Shown one piece after another: positions 27,654 to 40,783 of a stretch of 64,000 bases of DNA. How positions within the stretch are numbered: position 1 is the first letter of the stretch; each line of letters opens with the position of its first letter. The position numbers and the translations under genes are program-made. The notes under the pieces are model-generated. The model had not been told where the DNA came from and searched no databases. It worked only from the letters and a program-made list of their open reading frames with translations. The DNA comes from Eledone cirrhosa. Its lineage: Eukaryota. The stretch is from the NCBI GenBank assembly GCA_964016885.1, contig OZ024745.1:38874001-38938000 (forward strand). The letters are read 5' to 3'.

Positions 27654-30600
27654 ATGGCCGACACCTCATTATCAGAAGAGTTCAACAACAAAAATACCAA
27701 CATTTATGGGAACACGGAAATAGATAATAATGAAATGTCTGTGTTATGTCTGCCGTCCAAATTTGCGACATTCAAGAAGGTAAATATGATTAGTTGTCTG
27801 TCAGAAATAGAAAAATCATTTACAAAACTACGCTGGAGCATCAAAAACAAAAGCAACAATATACGCACACACATATACAACACACATCCCAACAACAACA
27901 GACACACAGACACAAACAACAATAACAACAACACACACATCAACAACAACAACAATAGCAACATACCCAGATACAACAACAACAAACACGCAGACACAAA
28001 CAACAATAACAACACACACAACAACGATAACACACACGGAGACAACAACACACATCAACAACATCACACATCAACAACAACAACACACACGCATTCAATG
28101 CCTCTCACCACCACCACAATCTTAACAAACACACAGACACAGAAAACAAGTAATGACAGTAGCACAGAAATCAGAGAAATAAGGGAAAGTAATAGGATTA
28201 AAAGGAAAAGGAGATGGGAGACTAAGGACAAAGAGAATAACCAAGACGAACACACAGACACACAAAATAGGGTAGATAACAACATTGAGCCAGTGGAAAG
28301 AGACAGGAGTAATTATGAGAGACATAGAAACAACCATGAGGCTGTTGGTGGAAATAGAAATAGAAACAACACAACTAACAATAACAATAGCACTAGTACA
28401 CATAAAGCAGCAGCCTGGAACTCTCCGTTTTATAATCCCTCCGATAAATCATTCGACCTGCGACGAGTCCACGCCACGACTTTGCCATTTAACAAACGCA
28501 CGCAGTTGCCGTCGCAGGTCGATGAACAAACAGAAGCACAATTTAGTATAGCTAAATCCGAACTTAGAAATATTATAGAACAGTATAGCAAGAAGCATAA
28601 TAGAATAGAGGCCCAGCAACTGGGAGAAAGATCTGCAAATGGCTTGCGTAAGCTCATGCAGCGCTCGCGTAATGGAGAGATAGCATGCTTTCCAACAGAC
28701 AAGTCTGGCAGAATGTCGGTTGACAGCCTGCCAAACTACATCCAGGCAATGCAATCCCACATCACTAACACAAGAGAGGTAACGCCACAGGAGCATGAGG
28801 ATAGAGAAAAAGCCCTCAATGCCCATATGGTGATGTGGACGAATATAATGCAGCCCAACAAAAGGACTGCCAACAACTTCCAGGCCTGGAACAAAGACGT
28901 GCCGGCGTTGTATGGGCTTCGAAAAGACCATAAAATGGGCTGGGACCCTGTCGCGGGACCACCAACACGACCAGTCTGTGGAGCTAACATTGCTAGTAAC
29001 TACAGACTGTCCTACTTCCTCTCCCTGATCATACGCCCCATCATTGAGATGTCCCCAGATGTATGTGACAGCACGGAGGACCTCCTCAGCAGAATCGACG
29101 CGGGTAACCGATCTGGGGACCTAACAAACTGCATAATAGGCAGTATGGATGTTGTGTCCCTGTATCCATCTATTCACGTGGATTTTGCTGTGGAGAAATG
29201 CGTAGAAATGATCAGAGAGAGCAAGGTTGAGTTCGGTGGGATTGATACCAGTGAGCTGGGACTTCTACTTAAGCTTACCCATAGTAATAGTTACCTAGAC
29301 ACTTATGACCTTAGCAGCCTGTGCCCTACAAGACCAGCAAGAGGCAGACCACCTACCATTACCTCAATTGCCAAGAAAACCCACACAGATAGATGGAACG
29401 GGTGGACCAGAGCCATACGAGAGCCATACGCACACCCGAAAACCACGATGAACTGAAGAAAATGATTGCACATGCGGTAGGGGCCAGCCCAAAATTAACC
29501 CTTAAGGAACATATGTTCAAATTTAATGGTAAAACATATGCCCAAGAGGAAGGAGCAGCCATTGGTGTTAGCATTGCAGGCGACATAGTAACTTATTCAT
29601 GGTATGGCGGGACAGTAGACTTAAACAAAAACTTAAAGAACAATTAGAAGACAGCTTAACCCTGATAATGTACTCCCGCTACGTAGATGATATAAACATC
29701 GTAGTTAAGACACCCCCACTAAAGAACAGTCAGGAACTAGAGAAAAACACAATGGAAAGCATCCAGCAAATAGCAAACTCCATCCACCAGAGATTTAGAG
29801 TTACTGTAGACTAACCAAGTAGACACCCCAACCATCGATTACCTGTACTAGATACAGAGCTCTGGTTAGATACCATTAACAACCAAAAACAAATCCACCA
29901 TTCCCATTATGCCAAACCCATGACTTCCAAACATCTGATCCACCGAAACTCGGCCATTTCGGACCATACCAAAATCAACATACTGATTGCGGATTTGGTA
30001 CGGGTGATGAGAAATGTGTCCCGCATGTGCAACCCCGGAGAACTAGAGAGACACATACAACACTTCATCCACCGTATGCAGTTCTCTGGCTACAATCAGA
30101 GAGATAGAATCAGAGTGTATAAAGGAGCCAGAACCAAATGGTAAATAATGGTAAATAATGACATAAATGGGACCTGCCCCTTGTATAGGAGCACATTTTG
30201 GAATAGAATAGAAAGAACTAGGAACAAGGCCAATAGAATAAACTCATGGTATGATAGCAATAAATACCAGAGTGTAATGTTCATCAATACAAACCCTAGA
30301 GGCGAACTAGCCTACAAATTTAGAAGGGCCCTAAATAGACATAAACTCAATATTAAGATAGTAGAAAGACCAGGTACCTCTGCAAAAACACTTATTAGCA
30401 AGACATACCCGTTCCAAAGACCCTCATGTATAGATAAGAAATGTATAACCTGTAAAATAAGCCCCCATATTAACTGTAAAACTAGAAATGTAGTGTATAG
30501 CATAAGATGTACTGAAGGACAATGTAGAAACAAAAATATAGTGTACATAGGTGAGACAGCTCGTAGTATAGGGGAACGAATAAATGAACACTGGCGAGAC

Positions 30601-30790
30601 CTCCAAGATAATAAAGAATCATCTGTGCTCTACCAACATGCTAAGATAGAACACAGGGTAGATTAGAGAACATAGAAATAAAAATAGAATCCACACACAG
30701 AAAAGATGCAATGTTTAGGCAAATTACAGAGGCAGTAAGCATAAAAGAACTACAACCAAAATTAAATAGAAAATATGAGTGGAACAGCAA
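27654..30790 (+). pseudogene. PLE RT + GIY-YIG endonuclease ORF with frameshifts and stops
   Basis: PTDKSG, LYGLRKDHK, TRPV, SMDVVSLYPSI, QEEGAAIG, RYVDDI, Cys linker CIDKKCITC..C, NVVYSIRC...VYIGETARSIGERINEH. Confidence 0.9.
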
Positions 30791-30998
30791 CATCACAACT
30801 TACAATTAAGGACAACATGAAAACACACACAGGACAAAATGAAAACACACACACACATAGAACAAACAACTTACAATTAAGGACAAAATGAAAACACACA
30901 CAGGACAAAATGAAAACACACACACACATAGAACAAACAACCAACCAACAATAAATAAATAAACAAATAGATAAATGAACACAAACACACACAGACAC

Positions 30999-31056
30999 CC
31001 GGATGTGGCGCATGCGCAAACTGAGCACACACCACACACACAGAAACAAAATGGCG
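30999..31056 (+). promoter_or_regulatory. Candidate pLTR promoter motifs (ETS-like, NRF1-like, YY1-like)
   Basis: ccggatgt, gcgcatgcgca and aaaatggcg just upstream of the hammerhead; aagatggcg in the 44 kb copies. Confidence 0.35.
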
Positions 31057-31102
31057 TAGGATAGAAGAAAGGAAAGGCACAGAAACAAAGAAAGGAATCC
31101 AC

Positions 31103-31147
31103 AGTCACTGAAGAGGTCACATAGTGTGTGACGAAAGGACTATGACT
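31103..31147 (+). ncRNA. Minimal type I hammerhead in the PLE pLTR
   Basis: agtca-CTGAAGA-g-gtcaca(tagtg)tgtgac-GAAA-ggac-TA-tgact. Confidence 0.75.
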
Positions 31148-31430
31148 ATATATAAACAACTATCTGGTTGTGGAACCAACCAACCAACCAGAAATGTATA
31201 AGTTTGTAGATTTGTAAATTTATAAATTTATAAATATATAATAAATTGAAGTGAAAGCACTGGTGCGTGTGTTTCTTATTGGCAACATGACCCTCCCAAA
31301 GTATAACAATATATATATATATATATACTGTATATATATACAAATATATATACATACATATGTGTATACATTATATATATATACACACACATACACACAC
31401 AGACCCACACATATATATATACACACACAC

Positions 31431-31479
<49 letters not shown>

Positions 31480-31493
31480 TACATATATATATG

Positions 31494-31532
<39 letters not shown>

Positions 31533-31535
31533 GTA

Positions 31536-32096
31536 TATCATCTTCATCATCATCATCATCAAAGTTTAAGATCTATCTTCCACGCTAGCATGGGTTTAGA
31601 GGGGAATTGTCCTACTTGAATCAACAAGATTCGTCTCGCTTGTATAGCAGGTTTTCTATGGCTGGATGCCGTTCCTAACACCAACCACGTTTACAGTGTG
31701 GAACTGGTAGGTTTTTACCGTGTTACCTACACGGCCCCATTACAGCGTGAACTGTATGTTACTTTTGTAATGACAAGAACACGACCGTATTTATTTTGGA
31801 CTGGATGTTGTGGTACCAACATAACTTTACAGAGATAGGGTGGTGTTGCTGGGAGTGGGGGTGAAGTAGGGGCAGGGGAAGGGGTATATATTTGGTTAAG
31901 AGGTGCCTATTGACAGCAGGTTTCGCTTTGTACATAGACAAGGCGGGTCCTCTGTATTACTGCGTAGCGCCAAAGCTCTCGGTCCAGTGATATTGTCTTA
32001 GAGAGGTCTAAGTGTGTGAGGTCGGAATTCATCAAATTGTCCCAGGTTTTTCTGGGTCTACCTACTATGTAACTTCCATCAATTTTGATAGCCCTG

Positions 32097-32100
<4 letters not shown>
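31536..32100 (-). mobile_element. LINE (RTE-like) 3' end with (GAT)n tail
   Basis: Minus strand encodes GRPRKTW near 32060-32040, followed by a 3' UTR and a (GAT)n tail. Confidence 0.6.
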
Positions 32101-32129
<29 letters not shown>

Positions 32130-32130
<1 letters not shown>

Positions 32131-32385
32131 TTGTGGATAATGGTAGCTATGGGGTTTCCATAGGCGGTATGCCAACATTAGCACTCAATATTCATACAGA
32201 GTAGAGCGTACATGGTATAAAAAAACAAAAAATCAATGATGCAACTGGACTCAATTTATTGCGTATTACAGTTGTTTCGCCAGCAGGTAGCTCGAGACAT
32301 TATCACTCGAGCTACTTGCCGGCGCAACAATTGTAACACGCAATAAACTGAGTCTAGATGCATCACTGATTTTTCGTTTTTTTAT

Positions 32386-32390
<5 letters not shown>
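32130..32390. mobile_element. Fold-back element with about 82-bp arms carrying a hammerhead 3' half, in (TA)n
   Basis: 32215-32296 is the reverse complement of 32306-32387; minus arm reads ctggc-GAAA-caactg-TA-atacg. Confidence 0.75.
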
Positions 32391-32452
<62 letters not shown>

Positions 32453-32938
32453 GAAAAAATACAGTAGAAAATGGTAGAAGGATTTCTTTCAGTATAACGT
32501 TAACACATTTATTTATTGAAGTACGGATTTCTTCAATTAATCGAGTACCAGTTTCAGCTTTATATGCCTTTTCAACGACGGAAGTTAAATTGCATATTTA
32601 TACGAATAATATTAAAACGGATAAATATTTTTTTAGTTTTTACATACATATTAATAGAGGAAAATTCATATTTTGTCCGTAGTGCTGTCAGTGTTGACCA
32701 ACAGAGGTGGTAGAAGTTTAAGTTGTTGGCTGTCGAAAACTCATCGCATACCGGTCTGGATTACAATTATCGCTACGCATTGTGTATCTTCACATACATT
32801 AAATACACCCAAGATTTGTTGAATCTCCGGTCACAGTACTGCACACTTTCTCTCTTTATATAAATGCACATATAATTATATATATACGCATACACACACA
32901 TACACATACACACGTACACACAGACACAATTATATATA

Positions 32939-32987
<49 letters not shown>

Positions 32988-33122
32988 CTTAAGTATTTCC
33001 GAAGAAAAAAGAGTGCTCTAGGTATAAAACATGTATTTAATTAGACAATGAACAACACAATATATAACCACTTAGAAGGAAAAATATTTGGTAATGGAGT
33101 AGTTATATATTCTGTTGTTCAC

Positions 33123-33163
<41 letters not shown>

Positions 33164-33751
33164 TTATTGACAGGTTAATTGTATAAAGGATTTTAAAAAA
33201 CCACCCGATTGAGAACTTATTCGATTTGTGCTATTTATGCAATGTTTTGAATGATATACACTTACTGAATTCTTTTGCCAAAATCTGGGGTAATTTCCCC
33301 TCGTGTTTTCCACACGTGGTTTAACTTGCCTCTGTGTCACTCACACATTTAGTACGGAGCAAAATACCTGTTGATAATGTGATATTCCTGGTTCGATCAT
33401 TATACCTAAAGCTTATATTTTTAAGCAGACAGTACTTAGATTTAGGTGTCTTAGAAACCATGCATTGGATTTTAACATACATTTCAAGGTGTCCAGGTCT
33501 GGTTTTATTATTTATTTTTTTCATTTATTTTGTTTTGACCTGTTTAGCTTGATTTGATTGTTAGTTAGGTGGTTGATATTTTCTTGACCACTTTTTTAGT
33601 TTTGTATGGCTTCTTAACATATTGTTTAGCTCTGATTTTAACTATTGAGCACTTTGCCAGTGTCATTTCTGATTTTTGAGTTTCGTTTCACCTATCCTAC
33701 TCGCCGAAATGCGATTCTCGCTGAATCAATATATCTCTCTCTCTATATATA

Positions 33752-35180
33752 TACGATATTAACAAATGGAAACTATATTTATAAAATAATATTTATTTCA
33801 TTATACATATTTCAAGGACACCAAGTTAAATTATGGTGTGCTTTCATTAGATAAAATATAATACAGAGCAGTTTTATAAATAAATATTGACATCCCCTTA
33901 AAGAATGCAACCATTACTGTTGGAAGCTCCCGGATAGTTGAGTTATATCTTTAATTATATTATTAGGTAAGTTGGTATTGGATATTTTTAAATAAGCCGT
34001 TGGGTTACGGAGAAAGAGAAAGAGAGAGAAAGAGCAGAACAACAGAGAGAAAAATGAGAGAGAGAAAGGAGAAAGAGAAAGGAGAGAGAGAGAAAACTCT
34101 AAGTCATATCTTGTTGAGTTATCTTAACATTTGAGATGAAATGAATAAATAAAATTAGAAATGTTAATAATCATGAATGGAATATACATATATAATATGA
34201 GAAATTTAACCATTATTTAAATATGATTAAATGTTTAGTTAATCAGTTAAATATTGAGATCAATACATTAAAAATTAGGATCTATATATTAAGAAATCTA
34301 TATATTATTATTAAGACTATATTATTAAAAATCTATATATTGTATAACACATATATACACGCACAAATACATACATATAAATATATATACACACGTATAA
34401 AAATATATATACATATATATGCTACGTATAAACATATATATACATATATATACTACGTATATAATATATACATACAACATATAAAGGATTCTTTCATTTA
34501 AGATATAGGAATCTTATAAAATCAGAGAAAGTCATTTCAATGTAATATCAAAGCAGCGTGAGGGAAAATGATGTTATTTAGTTATATCAATGTTACAATT
34601 GTTAAGATATTAAATGAAATGTTATGTTATACACACGTTATGTTATTAAACACATTTTTTCGTGTTTTATATAATAAGTTTTAGAAGATTACCTGTTATG
34701 TATTTATGACTGTTATTATATGTCTATTTGTCACGAATCTTTGGATAATCCCTATAAATAAGTGCAATCGAATTGTATGGATATACATATATATATACAT
34801 ACACAATTCCCACATATACATACATTTCTCTTTCTCCGTAACGCAACGGCTTATTTAAAAATATCCAATACTAACTTACCTAATAATATAATTAAAGATA
34901 TAACTCCACTATCCGGGAGCTTCCAACAGTAATGGTTGCATTCTTTAAGGGTATGTCAATATGTATTTATAAAACTGCTCTATATTATAATTTATCTGAT
35001 GAAAGCACACCATAATGTAACTTGGTGTCCTTGAAATATGTATAATGAAATAAATATGGTTTTATAAATATAGTTTCCATTTGTTAATATCGTATTTTTA
35101 CTCCAATTATTTGTTGAGTGCTTTATATCAGTTATAAGAATAGTTGCTTGTTGTATCCCAACAATTTAAATAGAACTTTT
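33752..35180. mobile_element. Second copy of the 19912 family: inverted arms (33752-34025 / 34825-35095) around about 800 nt of AT-rich spacer
   Basis: Direct sequence comparison; hammerhead in both arms (minus copy has CTAATGA). Confidence 0.85.
34988..35052 (+). ncRNA. Type I hammerhead ribozyme motif
   Basis: tttat-CTGATGA-aagcacacca...tggtgtcctt-GAAA-tatgta-TA-atgaaa. Confidence 0.78.
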
Positions 35181-35214
35181 ACATATATATATATATTTAT
35201 ATATATATACACAT

Positions 35215-35275
<61 letters not shown>

Positions 35276-35314
35276 CATACATATACATATATTTATATAT
35301 ATACACATGGATAT

Positions 35315-35393
<79 letters not shown>

Positions 35394-35397
<4 letters not shown>

Positions 35398-36063
35398 AGT
35401 ATGTATACATATATGTGTACAGACGTAGAGTAGTATGTATATATATACATACATGCACACATATATATATATATATATGTACGCATGGATTCACCAAACA
35501 TTTACTATAATGCTCGGTGTGTTTGTAAACAAACATCCCGTATGAAGCCGCAGTGTCTAGCAACCTCCGTTGCTCGTTTGTTCAACACTGACAAAGGAAC
35601 GCTGTACTAGTTTCAATCTGGTTAGCTATCGCCAGCAACGTATACCTTCCAGCCAGATTTTTGAACGTCCGAAAGTATACACTTTCCTTATGCATATTAA
35701 CGGCTGAGTAGTCCAATTTGTATATCGAGTGTGTTAATCGGCCGGGTGCACCGAAAACGATAAACGGAAAAAAATGAAACGATATTTTCGGTGCACCGGG
35801 CCTATTAACCCACTCACTATGCACATTGGGATACTCAGCCGCTAATATGCATAAGGAAAGTATATACTTTCGTATGTTCAACAATCTGGCAGGAAGGTAT
35901 ACGTTGCTGACGATAGTTAACAAGCTTGAAACTAGTACAGCGTCTCTTTGTCAGCGTTGAACAAACGAGCAACGGTGGTTGCTAGACACTGCGGCTTTAT
36001 ACGGGATGTTTGTTTACAAACACACCGAGCATTATAATAACTGTTTGGTGAATCCATACGTAC

Positions 36064-36094
<31 letters not shown>

Positions 36095-36222
36095 CATGTA
36101 TGTATATATGTATACATACTACTGTACGTCTGTATACATATATGTATGTACGTATACATACTTATCTTTAAGTAAGGGCCGTACTAAGAGTGGGAAATGA
36201 AATTTCGTTTCATTTTTTCCGT
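35394..36222. mobile_element. Retrozyme-like fold-back element, about 445-nt monomer (35785-36222) plus an inverted junction-spanning arm
   Basis: 35394-35757 is the reverse complement of 35785-36163; the centre 35760-35782 is the reverse complement of the monomer 3' end (36205-36222). Confidence 0.82.
35901..35943 (+). ncRNA. Minimal type I hammerhead with palindromic stem III
   Basis: acgttg-CTGACGA-tagttaacaagctt-GAAA-ctag-TA-cagcgt; stem II is weak. Confidence 0.7.
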
Positions 36223-36473
36223 ATATATATATATATATACAATGTATATATATATTGATTCGTTGCAATTATATCGTTGCAAATTCGAATATATTCATTA
36301 AGTATGAAAATTGTCTTTCGGATAATAATTAGATTAGAGTGAGGCGATGTGTTTTTCTGAATTTTAGTTTTTCAGTAGTTAATTATTCCTTGAACTTTTC
36401 ACATTTTAAACTGCAGCTAACATTACTAATAAATATTACACGAAGAAGCATGCTTACAAAGGAAATAAAAAAT

Positions 36474-36497
36474 TACTACTGCTACTACTACTACTAC

Positions 36498-36585
<88 letters not shown>
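36474..36585 (+). repeat. (TAC)n(TAA)n microsatellite
   Basis: Direct reading of the sequence. Confidence 0.95.
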
Positions 36586-38732
36586 TTTGTGGTGGATATT
36601 TAGAAACGTCAGTATGCCGGACAAGATACATTATAAGCATTTAATTACGGCACTTAAGTTTCTAATTTCAAATACCTCCTAAGTAAACCTCGACTTTCTC
36701 CTCCTCATATTGCTGGCCTTGTGCAAATGTAAGTAAGAAATATCATTTGTTGTAGTACTAGAAGTAATATTATTGCGATATGTTTTCTGGTTTAATGTGG
36801 AGGGGCACCTGCACACTGAAACCAGACCAAATTCCGTCCCGTTATGCTTGATCTCCCATGGAAGGGAAGAGGAGCAGAATGACAGCAGATTGCCGAGGTA
36901 TTTCCTGTTTTCTATTTGTAAGTAAAAGACAAACATTAACATTGATGAAATAATAACGAAACAATTTATAAAGAAATATCGCTAAAATGATATTTGTTAA
37001 GTAATACCTAATTTATTATCCTATTTTCCACAATCTAATTTATAGATATGGACATGGAGAGTTAAACTATCTTGCCATTCTTCCAGAGATGAGGCATACA
37101 TAAATAACCCAGAACGAACCCAGCCGAAACAATTTCTGCACTTATTCACTTCTGATGCTCTAATATATACCCCAATCATTCGCCGCGGACTGGTAATTTA
37201 TTTAACGTTCACAGAAAGTTGAAATGTAAAAATTATCGTAGTACGCCGTTTACACAGATCATAGAGAGCCTCAAAAATTACAAGGCATTTTCTATGAAAC
37301 ATTCACGATTCTGCTAATTCCTATGTTTGAATATCTGCGTTCAGTTGCATGGTTCGTTCAGGCCAAACATAGAACTACACACCATTATTACAACGATCAC
37401 AGAAAATTTAATCTAAAGTTAAAAGAGAAATATGTTCTGTGAATACCAAACTAAGATTAAGTGTCAGAAAATCAGCATCACCTCAGACGAATAAAAATAT
37501 TCACAGTAAATATGATAACACTCAAATAAATGCTTTACTCACCATCTACTCGGAAGAAAGCATAGATATGTTTAAGAGGTAAAACATGACTCATTAATAC
37601 ATACCTACTTGGTTTTAAATTTCTTGTAATAAAACGAGACTCTTGTCAGAAATATGTATAGTATTTGACGAAAAGAAATAGCATAATGCTAATCAATAGT
37701 AAATATATGTTTAAAATACCTTGCATGTATTAGATACATAGAACATATTAGCAGGGCAAATGTGTTAACGTGGAATATAAGAATAATAGAAATATAAACA
37801 CCGAGACAAAATCTTAGCTCCCCTCACTATATCGACTACTCAACCTCATCTACACGAATGCACATATGAATACATTAGAATACTTGGAAATGTGTAGCTA
37901 TACAAATGTTGAAAGTATGTATAAAATATGTTTAAAACAAGACGTACATTCCGATGCATACGACGATTAGGTAATGTTAAAGTTAGTCCTAAGACATGTT
38001 GTATCTGTATATATATAGATATATAAAGACGAAGTTTTCTGTATGTGTGTGTGGACAATTTTAATGAGAGCTCATACATTCTAAACCATTCATGTGATTT
38101 CTTTGAAATCTTTTACAGAGCTTCTCTTTGCACAAAACCTGTACATCATCTACAAAGGCTTTCAAAAATCGATATTGGGGCTTTTGGAGACATTAAACAA
38201 TTTCGGTTATTTGTGTGAATTTTCGTGATTAAGTAACACAAGAGTTATCTTTCGTAATTTGGCTCATTCAGATTTTAATTTACTCTTTGTACTTGAAACA
38301 AAAGGTACGCGTCCTTGAGTCTAACAATATCATTTTGTATATTTCACACCTAGCAATTTCTAAGTTAAGTTATAGATTTGACATTGTATAATTTATCGTT
38401 TCAAGCTTGATGTTCGTACATTAAGTGATGCTATAACTTTTACAATATTATGTTTTGTACATAATAGTGTCTATTATTCACTTCACTTCTCTATGTCATG
38501 ATGCGCTTTTACTGTTGTCAACAATATTCATACCTAGACTGGATTTCTGTTGTTACATGGTATAATGGATGACACCGAGCTCACATAATAATTGTTTCGT
38601 TGGAAAGTGCCTAAGGTTTTCATGTTTACATAAAGCATGTTTTTCTTCAATGTATTCAAATTTACTTTGTTTAGTTTAATTTAGCTACATCGAAAACAAC
38701 TTGAACCGTGCAAAGGACGGGTAGTTTAGCCA

Positions 38733-38799
<67 letters not shown>

Positions 38800-38802
<3 letters not shown>

Positions 38803-39563
38803 CGAAGGAAATGTGGTAAGGAACCAGGTGGACCATAACGCACCAAAGTACTCAATACTTAGGGTAGTTGAGTGGGTAATAGGAACGAGTAGCACCCCGA
38901 CGGCTGAGCTCAAGCTATATGATTTTTAATACAATGAAATACCAATGACCGTTGGCAAATCACTGATGAGGGACTCATTTTATAACATGTTATCCATGTG
39001 CAACCATGCATTATTCTTCTCCCCATATTTTTCACATATATTTACCTAAACTGCGATTCTGTTTTTCTCTCTCTCTCTCTCTTACTGCTCCCTCGTTCTC
39101 TCTGTTTTCTTACTTTCTTTCGTCCCCTCTGTCATGTCAGTTAACACTTTCTCTCTACTGACCTCTTCCTCGCACTTCCACTCACTCACTCACCGTTTCT
39201 CCCCTTCTCACTTCCCCCCGTTCGCTGCGAAAACGATTTTCCTTCTTTCTTGCATCGGATTCATCGCGAAAGGTCTATTTCTTACTCGCTCATATATTCA
39301 CCCAGCTTATACTGATAGAATAACTATGTAGCTCGTGTTTCTTCCTATCTTCGGTTAGCTTTCCCCTGTGTTGTTTACTTGTCTCATTCGCTTTACGCGT
39401 TTTAATTGTCCTAATAACTTATTTTAGTTATTATTGCACCAACGTGAAGTATATGATTTTTAATGCAATGAAATACCAATGACCGTTGGCAAATCACTGA
39501 TGAGGGACTCATTTTATAACATGTTATCCATGTGCAACCATGCAGTATTCTTCTCCCCATATT

Positions 39564-39570
<7 letters not shown>
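38800..39570 (+). mobile_element. Chimeric element: inverted fragment of the 40591 family (38800-38915) fused to a 534-nt unit with about 120-nt direct repeats
   Basis: 38916-39035 repeats at 39450-39570; CTGATGAGGGA is present in the repeats but no matching GAAA. Confidence 0.75.
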
Positions 39571-39630
<60 letters not shown>

Positions 39631-39669
39631 TGTGTGTGCGTGTGTGTGTGTGTGTGTGAGTGTGTAGGC

Positions 39670-39830
39670 GAATTGTCAGTTCCATTAGAAAGCCGGATAG
39701 GATGCATTGCGGTACTCCTTTCGGCTCCCAGTTCTCTGAGTTCATGTCAGGCCGAATTCAACATTCCTTTCCTCCATTCGAGGTTGATAAAAACAGTACC
39801 AGTCAACCTCTGGGCTCGATTCTTCCTCTA
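39670..39830 (-). mobile_element. Degenerate octopus-type SINE
   Basis: Opposite strand reads gactggtactgtttttatcaacctcgaatggaggaaagg...tgaactcag, similar to 12180-12250; strand given is that of this match. Confidence 0.5.
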
Positions 39831-40542
39831 TATCTTTATCCTTCTCAAGAAGAAATATACTGAATTCAGACCTGGAAAGTTGATGGGTCTCATCCAGTTT
39901 AAACGCCACAGGACAATACAGCGGCCCTATGAATTCCTCCTGAGGTACGAAACCATGCATACATATCTATAACTATGATTTGTCTTGCTTTAATATCAAC
40001 TGTATTGCCTTCATTCGTCATATTAATAAATCCGAGGAGTTTACTTTAAGCAATTAAAAGTTTTGCTTACCTCTCTGATAGAGGATATCTGATTTTATCC
40101 CAGCAAACATTTTAATCAATAGAATATGAGATCGGCTGTCTGCTTGGTAATTGTGAAGTCACCATTTTTTGCTAATTATTTTGCACTTCCGGTAATTAAA
40201 GATTTGACATCAATTATCGGACACGGATATTTATTTTATTTTCTTTTTTTTTTGCTAAAATCTGAACCTATACCAACATTGCTTGGATTAATACATTATT
40301 TTCCGATAGAACAAAAGAGAAATTTATTTATGGTTTGTGATTCTTCATCCAATTACCACTTCGAAGACTTAACAATTTGTGTAGGACTCCGGCGTATTTT
40401 TATTCGTTCATCGTATGTTCCGTATATCTTCTATACATAGAAAATGTACATATCCTCTTTTTCAAATAATACCTATCGTATTTTACCTTTAGACACACGC
40501 GGTTCTATATACCTGTATATTTGCATTACTTTTTTGTTTATG

Positions 40543-40590
<48 letters not shown>

Positions 40591-40593
<3 letters not shown>

Positions 40594-40783
40594 GGAACAC
40601 GTAAGACCCCGACGGCTGAGCTCAAGCCGTTTCGACGGCTAATTCTGACAGAATTATCCGTCGAAACGGCTTGAGGTCAGCCTTCGGGGTCTTACTTGTT
40701 CCTATTACCCACTCTACTACCCTAAGTATTGAGTACTTTGGTGCGTTATGGTCCACCTGGTTCCTTACCACATTTCCTTCGTT
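40591..40783. mobile_element. Fold-back element whose axis is hammerhead stem II, in (TA)n
   Basis: gacggctaattctg-ac-agaattatccgtc-GAAA-cggct(tgagctc)agccg-TC-ggggtc; the CTGATGA half is replaced by the inverted arm. Confidence 0.78.

Noticed and set aside
29812-30666. In-frame stops in the PLE ORF as selenocysteine recoding (as in Naiad PLEs)
   Set aside because: The stops are TAA/TAG rather than TGA, and the GIY-YIG is C-terminal; ordinary decay
36670-36925. Possible host exon(s): hydrophobic NLDFLLLILLALCK before gtaagt, and a 87-aa minus-strand ORF
   Set aside because: No recognisable domain, no partner exons and weak acceptor; cannot be supported without RNA data
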